Shown here piece by piece: positions 1 through 8,239 of a DNA stretch of 57,846 nucleotides. Position 1 is the stretch's first letter. The number at the start of each line of letters is the position of its first letter. The DNA is from a virus (Duplodnaviria > Caudoviricetes), in IMG/VR virus record IMGVR_UViG_3300043394_000186, positions 1 to 57,846 of that record; one strand, given 5' to 3'. Under the pieces are notes generated by a model. The model had not been told where the DNA came from. It worked only from the letters and a program-made list of their open reading frames with translations, and ran no database searches. The position numbers were made by a program, and so were the translations under genes.

Positions 1-198
1 TTGACGGCGTAGGTGAACACCAAACGCAGCACGCTCAAGCACCGGTTGGCCATGTTGGGTGTACTGGATATCCCCTCCTGCATGGCGTAGACGGTGCTCT
101 GCTTGACTTGATGGGGCGCGAACTCCTCGAAGATGCCCTGCAGCTTTCGCACCGCGATCATGTACTGCCGTGCCGTCGATGCCTTGACGTCGCGTGTG
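1..198. repeat. Terminal direct repeat, left copy (circular assembly overlap)
   Basis: 1-198 is identical to 57649-57846 except T71 vs G57719. Confidence 0.97.
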
Positions 199-392
199 AT
201 GTGCGGGGCTGCGTCCTCGATCAGACCAGACATGCCGCCCTTGGACCGACCGAGCAGGCGGGCGTACTCGCGCAGGGCCTCGTCGAGTTCAGCTCCGAGC
301 CGCGTCCACTTGCCGCTCTTGACGTAGTAGTACGCGCCGTGGCGGTGGTATACGCAACTTGGGAGATGGCGGTTCTGTTTTCGCTGTCGCAT
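1..392 (-). CDS. int: Tyrosine integrase, 5' part (continues across the circular join)
   Basis: ATG at 392 gives MRQRKQNRHLPSCVYHRHGAYYYVKSGKW..., in frame with ORF 57072..57809 through the repeat; 322 aa in total. Confidence 0.9.
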   Translation of the reverse strand, partial: MRQRKQNRHLPSCVYHRHGAYYYVKSGKWTRLGAELDEALREYARLLGRSKGGMSGLIEDAAPHITRDVKASTARQYMIAVRKLQGIFEEFAPHQVKQSTVYAMQEGISSTPNMANRCLSVLRLVFTYAV

Positions 393-531
393 TGACGTCG
401 CTGGTGAAGACGACCAAAGACTTGTCTGGCCGCAGGCGATACGGAATGCCCAGCGCTTCGAGTACACGCCGCTGGGCCGATGCCCTTGTGCGCTGGGTCA
501 GTTTCTGCAACTCATCTGGGCTCAGGATCAA
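289..531 (-). CDS. DUF4224-like putative excisionase
   Basis: TTG start in a TTGA overlap; LSPDELQKLTQRTRASAQRRVLEALGIPY pattern; immediately upstream of and overlapping int. Confidence 0.7.
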   Translation of the reverse strand: MILSPDELQKLTQRTRASAQRRVLEALGIPYRLRPDKSLVVFTSDVNATAKTEPPSPKLRIPPPRRVLLRQERQVDAARS

Positions 532-647
532 ATCATGCCCCACCCGGCCATGAAAATGACCCACATGATGCGCATTGTGATACCCATGAGGAACAGGCAG
601 CCGCCCCACAGGCCGATCAGGGCAGCGACGTTGACGAGGTTCTTCAT
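528..647 (-). CDS. Small membrane protein (39 aa), not in ORF track
   Basis: MKNLVNVAALIGLWGGCLFLMGITMRIMWVIFMAGWGMI; ATGA and TTGA coupling with both neighbours. Confidence 0.65.
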   Translation of the reverse strand: MKNLVNVAALIGLWGGCLFLMGITMRIMWVIFMAGWGMI

Positions 648-940
648 GCTGCGCCGTCCGTCCGTGGATCTTCGGCCAGCCGTGCCTCGGCTTTCAACGC
701 GGCGTAGGCGATGCAGTCCTCGAGGCTGTCAACGTGCGGCACTTGGCGCTGGCGGTCGCGTACGTCCTTCAGGAGCTGCAGCAGCAGCCAACCCTCTGAT
801 TCCGTGAGGTTGCGGCCAGTGATGGCATTGAACGCCTGCACGGTGCGGCCCATGCTGCGCTCGCCTTCGGGCTGGTCATACGTTGCTGCTCGGTCGAGCA
901 TGTGGCCCAAGGCCTTCTCCAACAATTTTGGCGCTTGCAT
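644..940 (-). CDS. DUF6378-like phage protein
   Basis: ERSMGRTVQAFNAITG...LLKDVR...HVDSLEDCIAYAAL pattern. Confidence 0.65.
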   Translation of the reverse strand: MQAPKLLEKALGHMLDRAATYDQPEGERSMGRTVQAFNAITGRNLTESEGWLLLQLLKDVRDRQRQVPHVDSLEDCIAYAALKAEARLAEDPRTDGAA

Positions 941-952
941 TGTTTTCTTTCT

Positions 953-1153
953 TCAGAAAGGGATCTCGTCCCAGTTCCAGTCGTCACAGCCCGACTGCTT
1001 GGCCCCCTCAGGTGGGCGTGCGTTGAACTTCTCACACACACCCTGTTGAAAGTTCTGGCACTCGCCACACACCTTGTTCTTGAGCAGGCCCTGCCAATAC
1101 TCCATCTCGCGGCGGGCGAGGTTGATCTTCACTTCGATCTCGACTGCTCTCAT
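953..1153 (-). CDS. Small Cys-rich protein ending in an SSB-like tail (DEIPF)
   Basis: ATG 1153 overlaps the helicase stop; CxxC..C..C; C-terminal WDEIPF. Confidence 0.75.
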   Translation of the reverse strand: MRAVEIEVKINLARREMEYWQGLLKNKVCGECQNFQQGVCEKFNARPPEGAKQSGCDDWNWDEIPF

Positions 1154-2769
1154 GCTGCTTGCTCTTCTTTCTGCCAGTGGTAGCTGACGATCTTCGGGTA
1201 CTTGTCTGCCTTGGTGATCACGATCGCGGCCGGCTGGCGCAGGACGGCGGCGCTGTAGTCCAGCCACTCGATGGCCTCCTCGGTGTTGCCCGGGATCGCG
1301 TCGATCGTCGTGCGCTGCATCCACCAGCTCTCGGCCTTCTTGCGCGCATAGCCTTCGTGGCTCAGGCACACCCACTCGCTGGCCACGCGGATCATGTTGT
1401 CGTAGTACTCCACGCGCATGCTCTCGGGGCTGCCCTCCTTGCGGTGGATGCGGTAGCGCACCTCGGTCACCGGGCGGGTCTCGAGCATCGACTCCTGCTG
1501 GCTGCTCAGGACGGCCGCAGCGGAGGCCTGCGTGCCGTGCTTGATGCGCTCAGGCTCGGGGAAGAGGAAGCCGCAGTCGAGGCACTCGGTGGCGCTGGCG
1601 GCGTTCTGGCTGCCGCAGGAAGGGCACAGCTTGGTCGGGGCCTCACCCTTGCGTCCGCCGGTGGGCAGACGGCCCTTGACGGCGTCCACAGGCCCCATGA
1701 TGGCGGTGGTGTCGGTGAAGTCGGCCCACAGGCAGTTCTCCTTGCCCGGCGCGATGCGCATGCCACGGCCAGCGATCTGCACGTAGAGCACCGGGCTCTT
1801 GGTGGCGCGCAGCAGGGCGATGAAATCGGTCTCAGGCGCATCGAAGCCGGTGGTCAGCACACCGACGTTGACCAGACACCGAATGCGCCCGGCCTTGAAG
1901 TCGGCGATCAGGCTCGCGCGCTCAGCCTTGGGGGTGTTGCCACACACCATGGCGGCAACCACACCCCTGCGCTGCAGGGCCTCGGCCACGTGGTTGGCGT
2001 GGCTCACGTTCACGGCGAACACCAGCCAACGGCTACGCTCGGCCGCGAGCTGCACGATCTCGTCGCAGGTGGCCTCGACCAGTTCTTCGGTGTCGGTGAC
2101 CTTGGCCAGCTCGCTGATTACGTAGTCGTCGCCTGACATGCGCACGTCGTGTGCGTCGATGCGGGTCACCGTCGTGGCGGGCACCAGCGGAGACAGGAAC
2201 TTGAGGTCCAGCAGCTCGCGCATGGTTACGCGGGTGGCGACGTTGGTGAACAGGGCGTCGTCGCCTGCGGTCAGCCAGACACCGTTGCCACGGAAAGGGG
2301 TGCCGGTCCAGCCGATCGTGCGGGCGTGCGGGCAGTACTTGGCCAAGTCGTTCAGGAACGACCGCCACATGCCCGCGTCCTTGGGGTTGATCAGGTGGCA
2401 CTCGTCGGCCAGCACGATGTCGATGCGGCCAAGCAGGTGGGCGTCGCGGTAGATCGAGCCGATCGTGGCGTAGGTGATCTGGCAGCCCAGATCCTTGCGC
2501 CCGGCACCGGCGCTGTAGATGCCGACATTGGCCTCGGGCCAGACGGTGACGATCTTCTCGACGTTCTGCTCGAGCAGCTCCTTCTGGTGGACCAAGACCA
2601 AGATGCGGGTGCCCGGGAACTCGAGGTCAGCGCGCTGCGCCAGCAAAGCGATCATCAGGGACTTGCCGGCACCGACGCAGGCCTCGACGATGGGGTTGCC
2701 ACCATCGTGCTTGCCAAACCACGCCCACAGCTCGTCCAGCGTGCGGGATTGATACGGGCGGGGGATCAT
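1150..2769 (-). CDS. SF2 (RadD/UvsW-like) DNA helicase with Zn finger
   Basis: GAGKS Walker A, DECH, TGTP, LTTGFD, QIAGRGMR; CPSC...CLDC. Confidence 0.93.
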   Translation of the reverse strand: MIPRPYQSRTLDELWAWFGKHDGGNPIVEACVGAGKSLMIALLAQRADLEFPGTRILVLVHQKELLEQNVEKIVTVWPEANVGIYSAGAGRKDLGCQITYATIGSIYRDAHLLGRIDIVLADECHLINPKDAGMWRSFLNDLAKYCPHARTIGWTGTPFRGNGVWLTAGDDALFTNVATRVTMRELLDLKFLSPLVPATTVTRIDAHDVRMSGDDYVISELAKVTDTEELVEATCDEIVQLAAERSRWLVFAVNVSHANHVAEALQRRGVVAAMVCGNTPKAERASLIADFKAGRIRCLVNVGVLTTGFDAPETDFIALLRATKSPVLYVQIAGRGMRIAPGKENCLWADFTDTTAIMGPVDAVKGRLPTGGRKGEAPTKLCPSCGSQNAASATECLDCGFLFPEPERIKHGTQASAAAVLSSQQESMLETRPVTEVRYRIHRKEGSPESMRVEYYDNMIRVASEWVCLSHEGYARKKAESWWMQRTTIDAIPGNTEEAIEWLDYSAAVLRQPAAIVITKADKYPKIVSYHWQKEEQAA

Positions 2770-3827
2770 GCCACCACCTTGCTGTCGATGCCTTGGTCGG
2801 CGAGCTGCAGCTTCATGGCGGCCACATCACCCAGCATCGTCTTCTGCTCGAGGTCGCGAATCTCCTGACTGGTAAGAGCGCCGGGGCCGTCACCGTTGGC
2901 GAACGTCGCGCCGTTGGCGTCGGTGTAGATCACATCACCATTGACATAGTCGGCCTGCGTCGCGAAGCGCTCCAGCAAGATGGGGATGTAGCGGTGCGAC
3001 TGGCAGCCATTGCGCTGCACGGGCACAGGGATCGTCACAGGCGAGGTGCCAGCCAGTGAGCAGCTCCAGCGGCCATCGCCATCCATCTCTGCGGTGCTGT
3101 GCGCGCAGGTGCGGCAGTTGACCTGCGGGGCCTTCTCGCCATGGCAGTGCTCGTGGAAGTCGCACATCTTGCACACGTACCAGCTCGGGTCGTTGCTGCA
3201 GCGAAGCGGCGGCTCGTTGGCCTTGATAACCCGCTCGGCTCGAGCCTTCAGCTTGGCGAACTCCACCGGGTCGAAGTCGACGCGCTCCATGTACAGCTCG
3301 TCGTTGTTCTTGTTCACGGCCATGTACATGGCGCGGTCCATGCCGGTGTAGCCCATGTAGACCTGCATCTGGGCAAAGTGCTGGGGCTTGGCCTTGCGCA
3401 CCCCGTTCTTGAGCAGGTCGGCAAACGACTTGTCGTTGTGCGTCTTGAACTCGAGCACGTGCCACGTCTTGGGGGCCTCGGGCAGGCCGACGCAAGCTCC
3501 GTCCATGCTGCCACCGAAGTGGCCGCCCAGATCGGACACGCGCCACTGGCTGCCGTCGGGCATCACGTCGTGGACCTCGACACCGATGCGGCGCAGGTTC
3601 TTGACGAAGCGGGCCTCGGCCAGTTGACCGGTCTCAAACAGGCGCAGCATGCGCCCGCTGAACTTCTTGCTGTCGACCCAGCGGAACGTCATCCACAGGA
3701 AGCGTTCGCAGGCGTGGCCAATCAGGCTGGCACCAAGGTGCGGCCGGTTACCGTCTTCGGCGTCGCTCTCGTAGGCTTGGTAGATCTTGTTGACCGTGGA
3801 ATGAATGGGTTCGGGCAATGCTGCCAT
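2766..3827 (-). CDS. Cas4-like PD-(D/E)XK exonuclease with probable Fe-S cluster
   Basis: HLGASLIGHACER, GSMDG, LEFKT, AQMQVYM, CKMCDFHEHC; ATG 3827 with upstream GGAG. Confidence 0.85.
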   Translation of the reverse strand: MAALPEPIHSTVNKIYQAYESDAEDGNRPHLGASLIGHACERFLWMTFRWVDSKKFSGRMLRLFETGQLAEARFVKNLRRIGVEVHDVMPDGSQWRVSDLGGHFGGSMDGACVGLPEAPKTWHVLEFKTHNDKSFADLLKNGVRKAKPQHFAQMQVYMGYTGMDRAMYMAVNKNNDELYMERVDFDPVEFAKLKARAERVIKANEPPLRCSNDPSWYVCKMCDFHEHCHGEKAPQVNCRTCAHSTAEMDGDGRWSCSLAGTSPVTIPVPVQRNGCQSHRYIPILLERFATQADYVNGDVIYTDANGATFANGDGPGALTSQEIRDLEQKTMLGDVAAMKLQLADQGIDSKVVA

Positions 3828-3886
3828 GGGATTTCTCCGTGTGTGAGTGATCAATCCATGCCCCCGCACGCGAGGGCACAGGCTGA

Positions 3887-4090
3887 TTACTCGGCTGCTT
3901 CGTTCGCAGGCTCTTCGCCTGCGCGCTCGACCTTCACGCCGTCCTGCATGGCACCGACCAGAGTCTTCTGGGTGGCCACCTCAACGGTGATCAGGTCCTT
4001 GGCCACGTGGCGCAAGGCTGCGTTCTTGGTCGAGGCTTCGACCAGCTTGAAAATGTCCCCAGCTTGGACGGCGTAGATGCGGGTGCTCAT
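3887..4090 (-). CDS. Hypothetical protein
   Basis: ATGA coupling, AGGAG RBS, typical codon use. Confidence 0.75.
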   Translation of the reverse strand: MSTRIYAVQAGDIFKLVEASTKNAALRHVAKDLITVEVATQKTLVGAMQDGVKVERAGEEPANEAAE

Positions 4091-4326
4091 TGAGCTTCTC
4101 CTTCAGGGTTGGTGGCCACTTCGGCCGGGTTGGGTGTTTGTTCTGCGGCTTCGACGGGCGGCTTGTTGGCGGCGGCGGCGAGTTGCTGCAGTTGGTAGTT
4201 GGCCTGAGCTTCGATCTCGGCAATGAGACCTGCGCTCTGTTCGTAGGGCAGCTTGCTCAGGGCGTTCAGGATCAGTTCAGTTCCAAAGCGGTTGACCCGC
4301 AGGGTCAGTTGGACGGGCTGGTTCAT
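4087..4326 (-). CDS. Hypothetical protein
   Basis: MNQPVQLTLRVN...LSKLPYEQSAGLIAEI; purine-rich RBS. Confidence 0.7.
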   Translation of the reverse strand: MNQPVQLTLRVNRFGTELILNALSKLPYEQSAGLIAEIEAQANYQLQQLAAAANKPPVEAAEQTPNPAEVATNPEGEAQ

Positions 4327-4450
4327 GTGTCTTCTTTCTGTTGTTGGGTGGGGCCTACTCGCTGCGTCTGGGTGATATTTGGTGTGATCTGGTTTAGGCC
4401 CATTAATCACCCCCCAGTCAGGTTCCAGCATCCGCTTTCGGCCCCGAAAA

Positions 4451-4981
4451 TCACGCGGCCTTCTTGGCCCAAGGTGGAGTGGCACCACCGGCAGCGGCAG
4501 CAGCAGGCGCAGCACTGGCAGGGGCAGCAGCGCGCTGGGCCATGCCAGCGGCCATCGCCTGACCGTGGGCAGGGCTACCACCGGCGGGCTTGAACGCGGT
4601 GACCTCGTTCTGGTCCTCGTACTGGCCGGTGTCGTCCTTGCGGACCTTGAGCTTCACGGAGAAGGGCTTGTTGTGCAGCTCGACGGTGTCCTGCATGCGG
4701 ACCACACCGATCGACTCGCACAGCTCGCGGAGCTGCTCCTGAGCGATCTGCTCGGCCTTGGGGCTACCGGAGTGGCGCACGTTCAGGCGAGCCCACACCT
4801 TGCGGTTGCGGTAGCCGTCGTCCAGCACCTCGATGGTCAGCTTCAGGGCCTGACCCTGACCGGACTTGAGAGCGACCAGCTCGGACTCGGTCACCTGCGC
4901 GGTGTACCAGCCGGCGGGCAGCAGCTCGTAGTTGTTCTCACGCTTGGGGGCGTTGTTGGTGTCGAAGTTGAATTGCGCCAT
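4451..4981 (-). CDS. DUF669-like ssDNA-binding protein
   Basis: YELLPAGWYTAQVTESE..., QNEVTAFK, C-terminal PPW; next to AAA ATPase. Confidence 0.8.
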   Translation of the reverse strand: MAQFNFDTNNAPKRENNYELLPAGWYTAQVTESELVALKSGQGQALKLTIEVLDDGYRNRKVWARLNVRHSGSPKAEQIAQEQLRELCESIGVVRMQDTVELHNKPFSVKLKVRKDDTGQYEDQNEVTAFKPAGGSPAHGQAMAAGMAQRAAAPASAAPAAAAAGGATPPWAKKAA

Positions 4982-5001
4982 GATGGGTGTCCTTTCAGGA
5001 G

Positions 5002-5688
5002 TTAGTTGGCGGTGGAAGAAATCTTCGCGGCGATGGCCGAAAGATCGGGGGACTCGAACATCTCGAGGCAGCCGGAACGGTCCTTGGCCTCGTAGTTGAA
5101 ATCGCGGTTGGTCTGCAGCCAGCGGGTGGGGTTGCCGTCGGCATCCTTCTCCACGCGCAGGGCCATGACCTCGTCGAAGAAGTAGCTCACGCCCTGCTTC
5201 AACATGTTTCCGGGCATGGCCGGGAAGTACAGCATCGCGCCAGTCATCTCGTCCTTGGCACGCTCTTGCTTGCACGAGAAGTAGACGTTGCGGCCGGGCA
5301 GGTCGCGGAAGGCGCGGATCAGGTCCGTCATCTTCTCGGCGAGCGCACCGTAGGCTTGGCGCGGGTCCTTGGCGACCTTCTTCTCATGGTTGAGCACGAC
5401 CTCGGCGATCTCGCTGATCGAGTCGAGGCAGATCCACGAGAAGGCGCGGCCTTCGTCGGTGTTGACCACGAAGTCGTAGGCCTCGTACATCTGGTCGAGG
5501 GTCTTGACCTCGATCACAGGGATGTCGTGGCCACGCAAGGACAGCAGGCCGGACTCGGCGCTGATGATGATGGTGGGGCCACCAGTGGTGCCGCACAGGC
5601 TGGTCTTGCCTGCACCGGCAGGACCGTGAACCAGAATCTTGATACCGTCGAGAGCGGCGTCCTTGGTGGACTTGAGAACAATAGCCAT
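5002..5688 (-). CDS. AAA_24/Sak4-like ATPase (recombination)
   Basis: GPAGAGKT, SAESG, LDSISE, AKDRSG motifs. Confidence 0.88.
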   Translation of the reverse strand: MAIVLKSTKDAALDGIKILVHGPAGAGKTSLCGTTGGPTIIISAESGLLSLRGHDIPVIEVKTLDQMYEAYDFVVNTDEGRAFSWICLDSISEIAEVVLNHEKKVAKDPRQAYGALAEKMTDLIRAFRDLPGRNVYFSCKQERAKDEMTGAMLYFPAMPGNMLKQGVSYFFDEVMALRVEKDADGNPTRWLQTNRDFNYEAKDRSGCLEMFESPDLSAIAAKISSTAN

Positions 5689-5718
5689 TGTGATAACTCC
5701 AAGAAAAAAACAGGCGGC

Positions 5719-6105
5719 TCAGATCGCTTCGATGGTGATCGAAGGACTGGCTTCTTTGGTGGTGAAGTACTGCGAGGCGCTCAGAGCGGCCTTGCCCTCG
5801 AGCTTGCGGAACTCGGACACGGACAGGTCGGCTTTCCACTTGAAGGCGGCCTGCACGTCGAGCGGCAGCTTGGCCCAGTTGGTGGTGAGCTTGTCGGTGT
5901 CGACCTTGCGGTCCAGCTTGTAGGTCACGGTGACCTTGTAGCCCTCGGCCAGCTTCTGCGACACGGAGCCCTCGGGTTTGGTGGCGTCCTTGAGCAGCTC
6001 GGCGATCTGGCCGTCGATCTCACGGCGGGCTTTGATGGCTGCGTCTTCGGCACGCTTTGCAGCGATGCGGGCGGCGACGAGTTCGGAGATGGTGATTGCT
6101 TGCAT
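5719..6105 (-). CDS. Hypothetical protein of the recombination module
   Basis: ATG 6105 with AAGGA RBS downstream of a strong promoter. Confidence 0.8.
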   Translation of the reverse strand: MQAITISELVAARIAAKRAEDAAIKARREIDGQIAELLKDATKPEGSVSQKLAEGYKVTVTYKLDRKVDTDKLTTNWAKLPLDVQAAFKWKADLSVSEFRKLEGKAALSASQYFTTKEASPSITIEAI

Positions 6106-6151
6106 GATTGCGTCCTTAAAGGAGTGGTTAAAAAACGTGCGTCTCGGAGAA

Positions 6152-6179
6152 ATTATATCAGCATTGTGAAGGTCGTCAA
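6152..6179 (-). promoter_or_regulatory. Sigma70 promoter with TCACAATG box
   Basis: TTGACG-16-TATAAT, extended -10 (TGA TATAAT); box at 6162-6171. Confidence 0.8.
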
Positions 6180-6188
6180 AGACTTTTT

Positions 6189-6527
6189 TCACGCAGCCAT
6201 TTCGGTGGGTTCGTAGGTCAGGGCCTGCAGGTTGCGGATCTGGTCGTTCAGACGGCTGACCTTTTCCTCGGCCTCGGCCTGCACCTGCTTGACCTGATTG
6301 CGCAGCACGGCCACTTGATTGGCAGCGACTTCGCTGCTGTCGTGCAGCTCCACGGTGACGGTGCCCTTGCCGACGACGATGTAACCGTCGGCGCTGGACA
6401 TGTCGCTGGTGCAGTACATCAGGACAGAGCCGATGTCGCCGGTGCGCAGGTCCTCGGGAGTGAGGCGGCTGTAGGGGCTGGCGATGGCGAAGACTTCGGT
6501 GGTGATGGTGCGTTTCATGGTGTTCAT
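6189..6527 (-). CDS. Hypothetical protein with C-terminal coiled coil
   Basis: Open frame, typical codon use. Confidence 0.7.
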   Translation of the reverse strand: MNTMKRTITTEVFAIASPYSRLTPEDLRTGDIGSVLMYCTSDMSSADGYIVVGKGTVTVELHDSSEVAANQVAVLRNQVKQVQAEAEEKVSRLNDQIRNLQALTYEPTEMAA

Positions 6528-6541
6528 CCTGTGGGTAATGA

Positions 6542-6898
6542 TCAAGCCAGCTCGAAAGCGGCCGCTGCAGGAGCAACGCTGTCGGTGTGGATGGTGTGGC
6601 GGTTGCGGCCGGAGCTGTTGATCGTGTTGCAGAAGTCCTTGGGGCTGCAGGTCAGCAGGTGCTGAAGGCCACGCATCTGGCTGGCGCTGGGGCCGAAGTA
6701 GCCGCTGTCAGCGCAGAACAGCTTGTCGGCCACCACGCACATGTCGACGTTGTCCAGCACAGCGATGCCGTTGTGCTCGCTGCCGATCAGGCCGAAGGCG
6801 TTGAAGGCACCGTACACGACGAGGCGATAGCGGCCACGGGTGACGTCCTTGGAGACCCAAGTGTATGGGCCGACGGAGGGGAGGGATTGAATCGACAT
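6542..6898 (-). CDS. Hypothetical protein
   Basis: AAGGA RBS; first gene after a promoter. Confidence 0.75.
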   Translation of the reverse strand: MSIQSLPSVGPYTWVSKDVTRGRYRLVVYGAFNAFGLIGSEHNGIAVLDNVDMCVVADKLFCADSGYFGPSASQMRGLQHLLTCSPKDFCNTINSSGRNRHTIHTDSVAPAAAAFELA

Positions 6899-6948
6899 CT
6901 GCGTTCCTTCTTGGAAGTGCCCCGGAAACTGCCGGGTCAGTGATTGAG

Positions 6949-6978
6949 ATTATATAGGCATTGTGAAGTCGTGTGCAA
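6949..6978 (-). promoter_or_regulatory. Sigma70 promoter with TCACAATG box
   Basis: TTGCAC-18-TATAAT; box at 6959-6968. Confidence 0.75.
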
Positions 6979-7156
6979 TAGCTTTTGTGAAAATCTTCTC
7001 ACTCTGCTCGGTTGCACGGACTTCAGCGATCGGCAGCCAGCCGAAACGACGCCACGTGGCTTGCACGTCGGCACCGGTGGTCCAGACGTAGTCGGGGTGA
7101 TCCACCGGCACGAAGGGCTCTGTGCGCTTGGAGTAGGGGACAGGTGTGAGTTTCAT
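6950..7156 (-). CDS. Hypothetical protein
   Basis: AAGGA RBS; DVQATWRRFGW. Confidence 0.65.
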   Translation of the reverse strand: MKLTPVPYSKRTEPFVPVDHPDYVWTTGADVQATWRRFGWLPIAEVRATEQSEKIFTKAIAHDFTMPI

Positions 7157-7174
7157 GGTCTTCCTTTCGGTTGG

Positions 7175-7273
7175 TTAATTGGGACGCCACACAAGCAGGT
7201 CCATCAGCAAGGTGCGGATGAGAAAGACGAGCAGCAGCACGCGGGCTGTGCGCTCTGATGTGGTGAGGTTCAT
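7175..7273 (-). CDS. Small membrane peptide (32 aa), not in ORF track
   Basis: AAGGAG RBS, ATGA overlap; MNLTTSERTARVLLLVFLIRTLLMDLLVWRPN. Confidence 0.6.
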   Translation of the reverse strand: MNLTTSERTARVLLLVFLIRTLLMDLLVWRPN

Positions 7274-7509
7274 GGCTTGCTCCTTTGTGTGATCGGGTTG
7301 TACTCACCGCGTGCGAAGCGCCGCAGCTCGGCGAGCTTGTTGTTGAATCCACGCTTCTCGCCCGGCGAGTTCGCGAAGATGAAGTTGGCTGACGTGCCGT
7401 CGAGGCGCTGCAGCCGGGCCTTGATGTGCGTGCCACCGGTCATCTTCAGCTCGATGATCTGCAGGCCCGCACACTGTGCGAGGGATAAGACGTATGGGTT
7501 GGGCTTCAT
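7270..7509 (-). CDS. Small basic protein, possibly HicA-like fold
   Basis: GGAG RBS; GGTHIKARL...FANSPGEKRGFNNKLAELRR. Confidence 0.55.
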   Translation of the reverse strand: MKPNPYVLSLAQCAGLQIIELKMTGGTHIKARLQRLDGTSANFIFANSPGEKRGFNNKLAELRRFARGEYNPITQRSKP

Positions 7510-7535
7510 GTCTGTCTCCAATGGCAATGTGATGT

Positions 7536-7739
7536 TCAGTTGCGAAGAGCAACGCGCCAGTTGATGTCGATGGCACCGACGCCTTGCTTGAACTCGCTCA
7601 GGCTGATGTTGCGAGCGCCTTCGGTGTAGAGCGCCTTGCACTCGGCAAGGCCTGCCTTCTTTGTGGCGCAGGCGCTGCTGAGACGGTTGCCCGAGAGGGC
7701 GCTGGTCCAGTGGACGGTGAACTTGGGTGCTTTGGTCAT
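7536..7739 (-). CDS. Hypothetical protein
   Basis: GGAG RBS, open frame. Confidence 0.65.
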   Translation of the reverse strand: MTKAPKFTVHWTSALSGNRLSSACATKKAGLAECKALYTEGARNISLSEFKQGVGAIDINWRVALRN

Positions 7740-7775
7740 GAGGTTCTCCAGAAGATGGGGCCGTGGCCCCGGGAC

Positions 7776-8099
7776 TTAGTTGACGGGATCGAAGATGGCG
7801 CAGTCGCTGAAGTCACCCATCACGCGGGCCTTGTACTGCTGGCCCTCGATCATCACGATGTCACCGTTGCGCACTGGCTCCATGGCGTTCAGGCGGGCGC
7901 GCTCTTCGACGTCCTTGGCGGTGTACTCGCTCTTGAGGCACAGGCTCTTTTGCATGGCCCAGACGATGCCGTCGTCGTCCTTCTGATAACCCTTGTGCAG
8001 CTTGGCAACCAAGCGGCGTTGGCGACGAACGCCAGCCCAGTCGATTACGAAGGTGTTGTCCTGATCTAAAGTGTCATTGCTGAAGTTGAGTGTCTGCAT
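7776..8099 (-). CDS. Hypothetical early protein
   Basis: AGGAG RBS; first gene after the leftward promoter. Confidence 0.75.
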   Translation of the reverse strand: MQTLNFSNDTLDQDNTFVIDWAGVRRQRRLVAKLHKGYQKDDDGIVWAMQKSLCLKSEYTAKDVEERARLNAMEPVRNGDIVMIEGQQYKARVMGDFSDCAIFDPVN

Positions 8100-8162
8100 G
8101 TTGGTCTCCTGACGTGTCCCGGAACCCCCGGGCGGGATCGGTTTGAATCAACCGATGGCTCG

Positions 8163-8193
8163 ACTATATCACAATTGTGAAGTCGGCTGTCAA
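8163..8193 (-). promoter_or_regulatory. Leftward early promoter (pL-like) with palindromic operator
   Basis: TTGACA -35; GATATA/TATAGT -10; TATCACAATTGTGAAG at 8167-8182. Confidence 0.75.
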
Positions 8194-8215
8194 AAAAGGG
8201 GTCTCGAAAGACCCT
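8192..8215 (-). terminator. Intrinsic terminator after the repressor gene
   Basis: GGGTCT-TTCG-AGACCC followed by a T run on the minus strand. Confidence 0.8.
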
Positions 8216-8239
8216 ATGGTTCTATCAGGTATGTGAAGT

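Noticed and set aside
1-198. True physical terminal repeat (T7-like DTR)
   Set aside because: It falls in the middle of the integrase gene; an assembly overlap of a circular or permuted genome is more parsimonious.
2766-3827. Cas4 as part of a CRISPR-Cas system
   Set aside because: No array or other cas genes; it sits in an ordinary helicase/SSB/AAA recombination module.
5719-6576. 285-aa ORF as listed in the track
   Set aside because: The upstream half overlaps another gene and a promoter; the plausible start is ATG 6105. Similar start trimming was applied to several other ORFs.
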